Shown here: in pieces, positions 29,699 through 38,230 of the stretch
Layout of the letters: every line of letters starts with the position of its first letter
Numbering within the stretch: position 1 is the stretch's first letter
Origin: Betaproteobacteria bacterium
GTDB lineage: Bacteria; Pseudomonadota; Gammaproteobacteria; Burkholderiales; Burkholderiaceae
NCBI GenBank assembly: GCA_013205155.1
Contig: JABMMT010000177.1
Coordinates: 1 to 41,376 of the forward strand
Reading direction: 5' to 3'
Length of the DNA: 41,376 nt
Notes under the pieces: model-generated
Seen by the model: only the letters and a program-made list of their open reading frames with translations
Databases searched by the model: none
Told to the model about the DNA's origin: nothing
Position numbers and translations under genes: made by a program

Positions 29699-30649
29699 TT
29701 ATTTGCAGGCGTAACTCACGTTCATAGCCTGATCGATGTCGCGTACTACTTGCCAGTATTGCTTGTAATTGATAGGCATGAACTTTTCTTGGGGCGGTTC
29801 ACTCTTACTAAACTCTGCAGCCAATGCCGTTCCTTCCCACTTGAAGTTGAAGAAAGCCTGCTTGATCTTTTCTGCCAGTTCTGGCTTGAGGTTGTACACA
29901 TAACCATAACCAGTTGTCGGGAAGGTTTGGGATGTGTAAATGACCTTAGTCTGGTCTGCTTTGACCGCACCACGCCCGATCATTCTCTCCTTTACGGAGT
30001 TGGCAATGGCCGCTGCTGGATAGTCCTTATTGGCAACACCCAGAATCGAGTTGTCATGCTTGCCACTAAACACAGGTGTGTAATCTTTACCGCTTTCCAT
30101 TTTGTACTTATCGCGCAGCAATGCGGCCGGAGCTTTATATCCAGAGTTGGAGGTTTCCGAGGTGAATGCTAAGCGCTTACCTTTAATATCCTCAATCTTC
30201 TCAATACCGCTCCCGGGATAAGTAATGATTTCCATCTCGTAACCGAATTTGTTATCTTTAGAGGCCATCATGGCGAAGGGCACAAAACCAGCGCAATTGA
30301 CAGCGATCGGGTTCGAGCCTGTATTAAAGCCAGCGACGTGAAGGCGACCTGCACGCATGGCTTCTAACTGGGCAGCATTGCTCTGCACCGGGAAAAACTG
30401 GACTTTTTTGCCGGTTGTCTTGGCCAAGTGCTCAATAAAGCCATCCCAGATCTTGGCGTAAACGGCAGGGTCTTCGACGGGAGTGTAAGCAAATACGAGT
30501 GTAGCTGGGTCTATGAACTCAGATGCATTAGATGGTGGATCTGCCACCAAATCACCGTTGGTATCTTTAAAACGAGGATCCATTGCCTGGATGGTAGGAG
30601 CCAATGTTGTTAGGGCGGCGACGAATATGGCGGACAAAGCGAATCGCAT
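29699..30649 (-). CDS. phnD: Phosphate/phosphite/phosphonate ABC substrate-binding protein
   Basis: Start corrected to ATG at 30649 (RBS GGAG, signal peptide MRFALSAIF..IQA); TSNSG, GKHDNS. Confidence 0.87.
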   Translation of the reverse strand: MRFALSAIFVAALTTLAPTIQAMDPRFKDTNGDLVADPPSNASEFIDPATLVFAYTPVEDPAVYAKIWDGFIEHLAKTTGKKVQFFPVQSNAAQLEAMRAGRLHVAGFNTGSNPIAVNCAGFVPFAMMASKDNKFGYEMEIITYPGSGIEKIEDIKGKRLAFTSETSNSGYKAPAALLRDKYKMESGKDYTPVFSGKHDNSILGVANKDYPAAAIANSVKERMIGRGAVKADQTKVIYTSQTFPTTGYGYVYNLKPELAEKIKQAFFNFKWEGTALAAEFSKSEPPQEKFMPINYKQYWQVVRDIDQAMNVSYACK

Positions 30650-30693
30650 TAGGATCTCCAGATATGACAAAAAGTAGATTCTCACAACTTTGG

Positions 30694-30722
30694 ATGACAG
30701 TTCCGTGACATTCAAGTGACTT
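30694..30722 (-). promoter_or_regulatory. Pho box, three 11-bp PhoB repeats
   Basis: Minus strand AAGTCAC-ttga-ATGTCAC-ggaa-CTGTCAT at exact 11-bp spacing upstream of phnD. Confidence 0.82.
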
Positions 30723-30796
30723 TTACTAATCTTATTTTTGGTTTTACTCCAAAACTATGTCAAGAGCTTTAATAATCACTCCATTAAGATATAAAA

Positions 30797-31447
30797 ATGA
30801 GTACTTGGTTCAATTCAGTCGACATCTATTGCGAGCGCTTAGATGCGAGTTTTTGGGCTGAGCCCTTTAACGCCATTAGTAATCTGTCGTTCATCATTGC
30901 AGGATTTTTTCTGTGGCGACTAAGCTCTTCCCTTTCAAATCTGATGGCCATTCTGATGATCCTCATTGGCCTGGGTAGTTTTAGCTTTCATACTTTTGCT
31001 AATCGCCTTACCGGCCTACTTGATGTCTTAGCAATTGCTCTGTATTTACTGATCTTTGCATTTTTAATCCCCAAGCAATGGTCAAGAAGCTCGATTTTTA
31101 TTCAGCTAGGGTCAGCTCTACTATTCATCATCAGCATTGTTTGCGCTCAATTACTTATCAGTCACTTAAAGCCAGATTTACCATGGTTACCATCCGGGAT
31201 CTACCTAGGCGCTTGGTTAGCGCTGATGGTTTACGCTTTGATGACCCAATATTCAAATACGTCAGCAGCTCGTTTCTTATGGCTGGCGGCCATCGTTTTT
31301 TCATTCTCCCTACTGAGTCGTCAACTTGATATGCCCTTATGTGACTTCATTGGTGGTTCACATTGGTTATGGCACTTACTTAATGGGCTAACCTTGTATT
31401 TGACCAGTTATGGTCTTTGCCTAAAGCAGTGCCCTAAATTACTGTAG
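30797..31447 (+). CDS. Ceramidase-like (CREST superfamily) membrane hydrolase
   Basis: YCER, WAEPFNAISN, GSFSFH, HWLWH metal-ligand motifs; multiple transmembrane segments. Confidence 0.82.
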   Translation: MSTWFNSVDIYCERLDASFWAEPFNAISNLSFIIAGFFLWRLSSSLSNLMAILMILIGLGSFSFHTFANRLTGLLDVLAIALYLLIFAFLIPKQWSRSSIFIQLGSALLFIISIVCAQLLISHLKPDLPWLPSGIYLGAWLALMVYALMTQYSNTSAARFLWLAAIVFSFSLLSRQLDMPLCDFIGGSHWLWHLLNGLTLYLTSYGLCLKQCPKLL

Positions 31448-31520
31448 CACTAAATTTTCCGAATTTTCAACATACCCTACTTTGCTTGCATCTTATTGAC
31501 TAAGCAGTCTATAAATAAAT

Positions 31521-31577
31521 TGGGACTGCCTAGCACTATTTAAGCGTGCGACCTATGTCTTGGAGGGTTGCGTTACT
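31521..31577 (-). repeat. Degenerate tRNA-Arg 3' remnant (old att site)
   Basis: 27 of 35 aligned positions match 41051-41084, including the exact 11-mer CGTGCGACCTA. Confidence 0.68.
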
Positions 31578-31628
31578 GATTAACAAATTGTCGGGGGTAA
31601 AAACAATGCTAAAGGCAATGCTTGAAAG

Positions 31629-31657
31629 AAAAAAACCCCCACCAGTGCTGATGAGGG
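31629..31657 (-). terminator. Intrinsic terminator of the CHRD gene
   Basis: Minus strand CCTCATCAG-CA-CTGGTGGGG followed by T8. Confidence 0.75.
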
Positions 31658-31720
31658 TTTCAGAGTTCTCGTGTGACCTAATTTGAAATCAAATAGGGTC
31701 AACGATGTGCGATGCTTAAA

Positions 31721-32140
31721 TTAAGGTTTTAGCTGACCCCTAATTTCGCCACCCTTATTTGCAGCACTATGGACATTGATATAAAGATTTCCACTCTTCA
31801 AACTTTGAAGTTGAGCAGTAGTCAATTTAGCACCAGCTGGAACAGACCAAACATTGTCTGCCGTTTTTGCAAATGGAACAATTACAGGACCATTCTGGCC
31901 CATGGGTGCTTCATGAATATGCGCCATAGTTGCATCTACACCTGAAGTAGTAACGCTACCTGAAACTGATCCATCAGGGCCAACCATAATCGAACCCTTA
32001 CCCGAAGCTGAAGTGGTAACAGGGGGAACTTCCTGAGATCCAGCGAGAGTTACATTCATTGACTGTGCAAAGACAGTTAAAGAAGCCATGCCAAAGCAAA
32101 GACCTACTAAAGCTTTTATGATTATTTGATTCATTTTCAT
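31721..32140 (-). CDS. Exported CHRD-domain protein
   Basis: Signal peptide; LAGSQEVPPV, AHIH, LYINVHS, GGEIRGQL; RBS AGGAG. Confidence 0.92.
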   Translation of the reverse strand: MKMNQIIIKALVGLCFGMASLTVFAQSMNVTLAGSQEVPPVTTSASGKGSIMVGPDGSVSGSVTTSGVDATMAHIHEAPMGQNGPVIVPFAKTADNVWSVPAGAKLTTAQLQSLKSGNLYINVHSAANKGGEIRGQLKP

Positions 32141-32257
32141 CTTTATCTCCTATTAAGTTAAATACCATACCCAGATTATCATCATTTTGACAATAAGGTA
32201 TTTGAGCAGAAACGTTTAATTTAGGCTATTTAACGGTAATATCTACAGTAACTGACT

Positions 32258-32902
32258 ATGTCTATACTAAAAAATATCACAAACGAATCTATACTAATTT
32301 CTCAAAAAAATATTGGTCATTATGATCAAAATGCCATATCTTATGACGTAGGTACGCAAGATCATGATGTCAGTCAAAATATCAATGCCTTCTTAAGGGC
32401 GATAAAGGCTGAACCACCATTTCATCTGCTCGATTTTGGATGTGGCCCGGGAAGAGACCTGCAAACCTTAGCTCAACTTGGACATGTCGCTATTGGTCTT
32501 GAAGGAAGCCCAAAAGCTGCTCAAATAGCCCGAACCAAAAGTGCTTGCAAAATTTTAGTGCAAGATTTTTTTAACTTAGATCTACCAGAGAATACTTTTG
32601 ATGGTATTTTTGCCAACGCGTCGCTATTTCATATCCCCAATAAGCTATTACCAAAAGTGCTGGGTCATTTATGGACAAGCTTAAAACCAAATGGCATTCT
32701 ATTTAGCTCAAATCCACGTGGCAATAACGAGGAAAGCTGGTACGGAGATCGTTTTGGCTCGTATCATGATTTGGAAGGCTGGCGATCTTTTATGACAAAT
32801 GCACAGTTCACCGAAATTGAATACTACTACAGGCCAGTTGGACTCCCATTTGAGCAACAGCCTTGGCTAGCAAGTGTTTGGAAAAAAGAAATATTTGCCT
32901 AA
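32258..32902 (+). CDS. Class I SAM-dependent methyltransferase
   Basis: LDFGCGPGRD, FDGIFANASLFH, LKPNG. Confidence 0.9.
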   Translation: MSILKNITNESILISQKNIGHYDQNAISYDVGTQDHDVSQNINAFLRAIKAEPPFHLLDFGCGPGRDLQTLAQLGHVAIGLEGSPKAAQIARTKSACKILVQDFFNLDLPENTFDGIFANASLFHIPNKLLPKVLGHLWTSLKPNGILFSSNPRGNNEESWYGDRFGSYHDLEGWRSFMTNAQFTEIEYYYRPVGLPFEQQPWLASVWKKEIFA

Positions 32903-32922
32903 ATAGCTTATTTCTAAGTCAA

Positions 32923-33483
32923 TTGAACTCAAGAAGAGCCTTTCTTTATACCTGCAGTGTTTACTTTTTATGTTGGACAGAACAATCGCGCGCACAAGGA
33001 ATGTACATGGATTTCGCTAACCCTAATATGATGCGTGACTGTTGGATTGTTAATGATGGTGTGATGGGGGGTGTATCTCAATCGAGTCTTCGCCAAGATG
33101 TGCATGGTTTGTTTTTTGAAGGTGTGGTTTCGCTTGAAAATAACGGTGGGTTTGCATCCATGCGCTCATCCGTAAGATTTCCCCGAGGAACTCAACTGCT
33201 TGAGCTTTTAGCAAAAGGTGATGGCAAGCACTATAAGTTAGTCTTACGTACTGAGTTAGCGCCACGGGTGTCATATGCAGCAGATTTTATCGCTGAACCG
33301 ACTTGGCAAACTTATCGCTTTAATTTAAGTCAATTTAAATCAGCTGTACGAGGACGAGCTGTTAATGCTCCATCCCTATCATTTTCTGATGTGATTGAGT
33401 TTGGCATTTTGATTTCTAATAATCAAGTAGGAAGCTTTGCTATCCAATTAAAGACGCTTCAATCCGTTGATAGGCTAAATTAG
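32923..33483 (+). CDS. CIA30-family protein; start uncertain (TTG 32923 or ATG 33001/33007)
   Basis: WIVNDGVMGGVSQS, GVVSLENNGGFASMR, GDGKHYK. Confidence 0.85.
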   Translation: MNSRRAFLYTCSVYFLCWTEQSRAQGMYMDFANPNMMRDCWIVNDGVMGGVSQSSLRQDVHGLFFEGVVSLENNGGFASMRSSVRFPRGTQLLELLAKGDGKHYKLVLRTELAPRVSYAADFIAEPTWQTYRFNLSQFKSAVRGRAVNAPSLSFSDVIEFGILISNNQVGSFAIQLKTLQSVDRLN

Positions 33484-33504
33484 CCATTGTGCAAAAACTA
33501 ATGT

Positions 33505-34371
33505 CTAATGCCTTGGAATATCAAGCGTCGTTACACGTGTTAACTCTCGTTTGTGAGTCTTATCATCAAAAGGACGGCCACGATGCATGGTTGTGCGATT
33601 ATCCCAAATAACCAAATCACCCACAGTCCACTCATGGCTATAAACAAATTGAGGTTTTGTAGCGTGCTCAATCAAGTCGCGAAGTAATAAGCGCCCTTCT
33701 GGAATTGGCCACTCAACAACATGATCTGCATGAGAGGCAAGATAAAGTGCTTTTTTCGATGAATTTTCAACAGTCCTAACTAACGGATGATTTGCACCAG
33801 GTAATTTTGCACGTTCCTCAAGTGAAAAATCAAATCCCATGGTGTGCCTCGAATACACAATCGAATGATGAACATGTAAATTTTCGATAGTCACTTTCAT
33901 TTGATCATCTAAAAAGTCGTAGGCAGTTCGCATATCTGCAAATTCAGTATCAGCACGAACCGAAGGAATTGTCCGGGCACACAGCATTGAGTAACGGCCT
34001 GGAGGATTCTCAAATGAGGCATCTGTATGCCAAATACGATTACTGATATTGTTCATACGCCTTCGATCATCAGCAGCCATGATTTCACCATCTTGAGCTA
34101 CGTTTGAGATATCAGTTAAAGCATCATTTCCAAAACGATTTTTACTCAGTACTGAATTTGAGGTTTTGGTATGCAAAACTCCATCTAGGCGCTTGGCAAA
34201 ATCAAGTTGATCCTGTAATGAGAGCTGTTGAGCCTTAAAAACTAAAACTCCATATTCAGACATTGCTTTTCGCAGATGAGAAAGTGTCACTTCATCATTG
34301 ATTTCACGTAAGTCAATAGAGCTAACTTCTGCTGCAAAAGTCGGATGAAGTTTTTTAAATGAAATATTCAT
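33505..34371 (-). CDS. TauD/TfdA-family Fe(II)/2-oxoglutarate dioxygenase, TfdA-like
   Basis: WHTDASF (HxD), TEFADMR, EGRLLL, WDNRTTMHR. Confidence 0.9.
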   Translation of the reverse strand: MNISFKKLHPTFAAEVSSIDLREINDEVTLSHLRKAMSEYGVLVFKAQQLSLQDQLDFAKRLDGVLHTKTSNSVLSKNRFGNDALTDISNVAQDGEIMAADDRRRMNNISNRIWHTDASFENPPGRYSMLCARTIPSVRADTEFADMRTAYDFLDDQMKVTIENLHVHHSIVYSRHTMGFDFSLEERAKLPGANHPLVRTVENSSKKALYLASHADHVVEWPIPEGRLLLRDLIEHATKPQFVYSHEWTVGDLVIWDNRTTMHRGRPFDDKTHKRELTRVTTLDIPRH

Positions 34372-34430
34372 ATTCTTACGTAATCAATCAAATAATTGAG
34401 TGTTTTTAATAAGTTTTTAAAGCTAATCAA

Positions 34431-35423
34431 TTAATCTAGGGTTACCTGATTATCACGAGCAACTTTTCCCCATTTTGCAATTTCAGACTTAACATATGCA
34501 TCAAACTGCTGTGGAGATGAACCAACTATTTCAGCACCTAAGCCATTTAACTTTTCTGCAATATCTGGCATTTTTAGAATATTTAAGATTTCTGTATTTA
34601 GACGATTAATTATTGGCTGTGGAGTACCAGCAGGCACCATTACTCCACCCCATGAGACCGCCTCAAAACCAGGCAAAGTTTCTGAAACAGTAGGTACATC
34701 TGGAAATGAGGGCAAGCGCTTAGTGCTGGTAACGGCTAGAGCACGTAGTTTGCCAGAACGTACGTGAGGAGCTGCTGCAATGGCAGTTGGTAGGGCTACG
34801 TTTACCTGTCCAGCCATCACATCAACCAGTCCAGGAGCATCGCCCTTATAAGGTATGTGCTGCATCTTGATCCCCGCCATAGCATTGAATAATTCACCCG
34901 ATAGATGATTAGATGCTCCATTTCCAGCAGAGGCAAATGTCACTTTTCCTGGGTTGGCCTTAGCATATGCGATCAGGTCATTTACTGAGTAAATGGGCAA
35001 GGATGGTGAAACTACAATAAATTGCGGAACAATAGTAGTCAGGGTAATCGCTGAGAAATCTTTAATCGCGTCATAAGGAAGTTTCTTATAAATAACGGGA
35101 TTAATTGCATTAGGACCAAGATTTGCCATTAAAAGTGTATAGCCATCTGGAGGTGATTTAGCAACAAATTCAGTAGCAATAATTCCATTTGCGCCTGGCT
35201 TATTCTCCACATTAACAGATTGCCCTATTGATTCAGAGAGCTTTGTGGCAATTAATCGCGCTGTAACGTCTGATGCCCCACCTGGTGGATAGACAACGAT
35301 AAATTTAATTGGCTGCTTGGATGGCCAAGTTTGAGCTTGAGCAAAGGCAAAAGAAAAAACAGATACTGAAATAAAAATTAAGGACTGAATAAATTTATTT
35401 TTCAACATGGCTGCCTTCATCAA
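34431..35423 (-). CDS. Bug/TctC tripartite tricarboxylate transporter substrate-binding protein
   Basis: Signal peptide; YPPGGASD, VENKPGANG, DGYTL, HIPYKG, PDVPT. Confidence 0.93.
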   Translation of the reverse strand: MMKAAMLKNKFIQSLIFISVSVFSFAFAQAQTWPSKQPIKFIVVYPPGGASDVTARLIATKLSESIGQSVNVENKPGANGIIATEFVAKSPPDGYTLLMANLGPNAINPVIYKKLPYDAIKDFSAITLTTIVPQFIVVSPSLPIYSVNDLIAYAKANPGKVTFASAGNGASNHLSGELFNAMAGIKMQHIPYKGDAPGLVDVMAGQVNVALPTAIAAAPHVRSGKLRALAVTSTKRLPSFPDVPTVSETLPGFEAVSWGGVMVPAGTPQPIINRLNTEILNILKMPDIAEKLNGLGAEIVGSSPQQFDAYVKSEIAKWGKVARDNQVTLD

Positions 35424-35789
35424 TAAAATAAATAATGTATAAATATTAGTATGTCGTATTTTTTGCTATGGTAATTACTGATTTAGCCAAACTAAGGGTT
35501 TTTCCTGATCTAATACCTTTGGGCTTGCTCAGCTATTCTTTACAAGCTTGCCTAAAGTGTTGTAATTAATATTTAAAACATTCATTGACGCACTATGGTG
35601 ACAATTTATTTGTACTGAAGAGATCAGGTTTAGACCACATTTATGAGCTTTTTAAGATGATCAAAACCCACTCTTGTAGTGGTGCTAAAAAATAGGTCAG
35701 CCCCCATTAATCACTTAACAAATGGGATTCAAGCAAAAATTCGATTTTCCTGATAGCGTTACTATTATTCTAGTAAGGAGCTAGCTCAT

Positions 35790-36677
35790 ATGAAACGTAT
35801 TTTCCTTTTCTTATTGACTAACATCGCCATTATGTTGGTGATCACGATCATCATCAATATTTTTGGATTGGGACAAGTATTAGACGCACAAGGTAGCGAT
35901 CTTGATCTCACCTCATTACTGATGTTGTCGGCCGTTGTTGGAGTCACTGGATCATTCATCTCTTTAGCAATGTCAAAATCAATGGCTAAGCACTCAACTG
36001 GCGCTTATGTTATTACGCAAGCTCAAAATGAACAAGAGCAGTGGCTAGTTAGCACGGTAGCTCGCCAAGCACAGGCTGCAGGTATTGGTATGCCTGAAGT
36101 GGCGATTTATGACTCTCCTGATATCAATGCATTTGCAACTGGCATGCTACGTAATGATTCCTTGGTAGCGGTCAGCACTGGACTATTGCGAGGCATGACT
36201 CGTGATGAGGCGGAAGCAGTACTAGCCCATGAGGTTAGTCACGTTGCCAATGGTGACATGGTGACTCTTGCGCTTATCCAAGGGGTTGTTAATACCTTCG
36301 TGTTCTTCTTATCAAGAGTTGTTGGACACATTATTGACCGAGCGGTTTTTAAGACAGAGCGAGGTCATGGGCCCGCCTATTGGATCACCACAATCATTGC
36401 GCAATTAGTACTTGGTGTCTTAGCCAGTGCAATTGTGATGTGGTTTAGTCGTCATCGCGAGTATCGTGCGGATGCTGGAGCTGCTAACCTTGAAGGTAAG
36501 CAAAAAATGATTAGCGCCCTTGAGCGTCTCCAAAAATCATCCAATCAACCCCATCTGCCGGAGCAATTAGAGGCTTTTGGCATCTCTGGCAATATGGCAA
36601 CGGGCATAAAGAGCTTATTTGTGAGTCACCCACCATTAAGTGAGCGGATAGAGGCATTACGCCGCATTTCTACCTAA
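35790..36677 (+). CDS. htpX: Membrane zinc protease HtpX
   Basis: [39 protein letters not shown]; RBS AAGGAG. Confidence 0.96.
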   Translation: MKRIFLFLLTNIAIMLVITIIINIFGLGQVLDAQGSDLDLTSLLMLSAVVGVTGSFISLAMSKSMAKHSTGAYVITQAQNEQEQWLVSTVARQAQAAGIGMPEVAIYDSPDINAFATGMLRNDSLVAVSTGLLRGMTRDEAEAVLAHEVSHVANGDMVTLALIQGVVNTFVFFLSRVVGHIIDRAVFKTERGHGPAYWITTIIAQLVLGVLASAIVMWFSRHREYRADAGAANLEGKQKMISALERLQKSSNQPHLPEQLEAFGISGNMATGIKSLFVSHPPLSERIEALRRIST

Positions 36678-36720
36678 GAATTTCTCTTGATAAAACATTG
36701 GATTCATTTCAGCGGGTCTC

Positions 36721-36870
36721 ATGATTGATAACTTTGGTCCTATTATCTTGCTTGAAATAGTGTTGGTCTTTGGTGGGGTTTTACTTTTTGCATGGTGGCA
36801 ATTACGTGACCTTCGAAAGGAGCGAAAGAAAGATCCGAAGATAAACGAACAAAATAAAAAGCAAGACTAG
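36721..36870 (+). CDS. 49-aa single-pass membrane microprotein (absent from the ORF track)
   Basis: MIDNFGPIILLEIVLVFGGVLLFAWWQLRDLRKERKKDPKINEQNKKQD; one transmembrane helix and a basic tail. Confidence 0.62.
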   Translation: MIDNFGPIILLEIVLVFGGVLLFAWWQLRDLRKERKKDPKINEQNKKQD

Positions 36871-36957
36871 GCAGAAAACGGTCGATAACTGGTAAGGATT
36901 CAAATAAAAATGGGTCTATGTAATAAAGAGTCCAATGGGTTTTGTTGTAGAAAATAA

Positions 36958-38070
36958 CTAATTAGTGTGGTCAGGATAGACCCCCTTAAAAGTATCCCTA
37001 GTGAGATCAATACAACCTCCATTTTCATACACCCCCTGAGGATCTCGATATTTCATCATCATATTAATACAGCTTTGCAATTTCACATGGGAGTCTAGAG
37101 TTTGCTCTACTAATTCCCTCACTAAATCCTCATTGATTTCTAAGCTACCTAATTTATCCTCTCTAACACCATGTCGCCAGTGGTAAATTTCAAGACACTT
37201 AGTCTCCAAGGTATATGGTTTAGATTTATCCCAAAGGTTTGTAAATAGACCTCCACCCATATAAATTACCCACGAGCCTTCATATCCTTGTACATTGGAT
37301 GAGAAATCATCAGGGTTTTTGAACCAGACACGATCGCCGGGCACATAACAGCGCATTGGAAATGGAGTCGCCGATGATCCGATTTCTAATAAAAATGCAT
37401 TCAAGAAATCATCAGCGACTAAGGCTTTTTTCCTCGACTGTAGTTCTATTTCTTTTAATTTTGCTGGATTGCTTAGGCTCAATTCAATTGCCAAGCTATG
37501 TAACATTAAGTACTCAGTAGCTCTTTGACAAGAAAAAGAAAAATGCTCCCCTGAAATATCAGGACATAGCGCCCGCTCAATTCCATCAACTAAAGAAGCA
37601 CCCTCTTTCAAAATAAATCCCCCATCTACAACATGAATCCAATATGCCTCTGGCCTAGAGATGCCGTTTGTATCAAAGTTCAATTCAGTCCTTCTGGCGA
37701 GGCCTGATAAATTTATCCTCATTCTGATATTTGCTTCCAACTCATTCAAGCTAGAAAAGTCAAAAATGAGTGGACTTACTGCCATGCTAAGAACGATTTC
37801 AAGGGCCATATCTGGTGCTGACGACTCAGACAACAACCCAAGACTTGCTGCTAAACAGGAAGTGTCTGCATGTTGGCAAAGTTTGTGTAAGGTATCATTT
37901 GCATAAACTCTGATGTACTGCACTCCATCTTTATGCTCTTGGCTGATTTCAACATATGGGGAAACGCCAACCTTATCGCACCATGCTCTGATTCCATCAA
38001 GAAACAAATCATTATTAATAAGTGCGGTGACAATCTGCAATCCACCATGACTTTTACATAAGTGGTTCAT
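36958..38070 (-). CDS. Tgl-like (protein-glutamine gamma-glutamyltransferase fold) cysteine enzyme
   Basis: Collinear motifs FDFSSLNEL..RMRINL, YW..GGFILK, FSFSCQRA, PGDRVWFKNP and EGSWVIYMG resemble Bacillus Tgl as recalled; RBS GGAG. Confidence 0.68.
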   Translation of the reverse strand: MNHLCKSHGGLQIVTALINNDLFLDGIRAWCDKVGVSPYVEISQEHKDGVQYIRVYANDTLHKLCQHADTSCLAASLGLLSESSAPDMALEIVLSMAVSPLIFDFSSLNELEANIRMRINLSGLARRTELNFDTNGISRPEAYWIHVVDGGFILKEGASLVDGIERALCPDISGEHFSFSCQRATEYLMLHSLAIELSLSNPAKLKEIELQSRKKALVADDFLNAFLLEIGSSATPFPMRCYVPGDRVWFKNPDDFSSNVQGYEGSWVIYMGGGLFTNLWDKSKPYTLETKCLEIYHWRHGVREDKLGSLEINEDLVRELVEQTLDSHVKLQSCINMMMKYRDPQGVYENGGCIDLTRDTFKGVYPDHTN

Positions 38071-38230
38071 AAACGTCTCCGTTCAATTATTTGGGTACGT
38101 AAGCAATTCTGCTACACTCAATATCGCAAGTATCATTATTCCTGCGAATTTGTAAGAATGCTAATTAAAGTTATTGCTTTACTGAGTAAAACACTGATTG
38201 ACAGCAATCAGGCTGTCTAAACCCACCCTT

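Noticed and set aside
27248-30613. Long antisense and alternate-frame ORFs over the phn genes, and similar shadow ORFs elsewhere (e.g. 692-907, 4626-4985, 20116-20475)
   Set aside because: They overlap well-supported genes and have no motifs or RBS; typical shadow frames
35691-35703. 13-mer AATAGGTCAGCCC repeated near 41012
   Set aside because: Several 13-mer matches are expected by chance in 41 kb and the match does not extend
35685-35708. Sigma-32 promoter for htpX
   Set aside because: CCCCATT fits the -10 element, but no TTGAAA-like -35 lies at the right spacing
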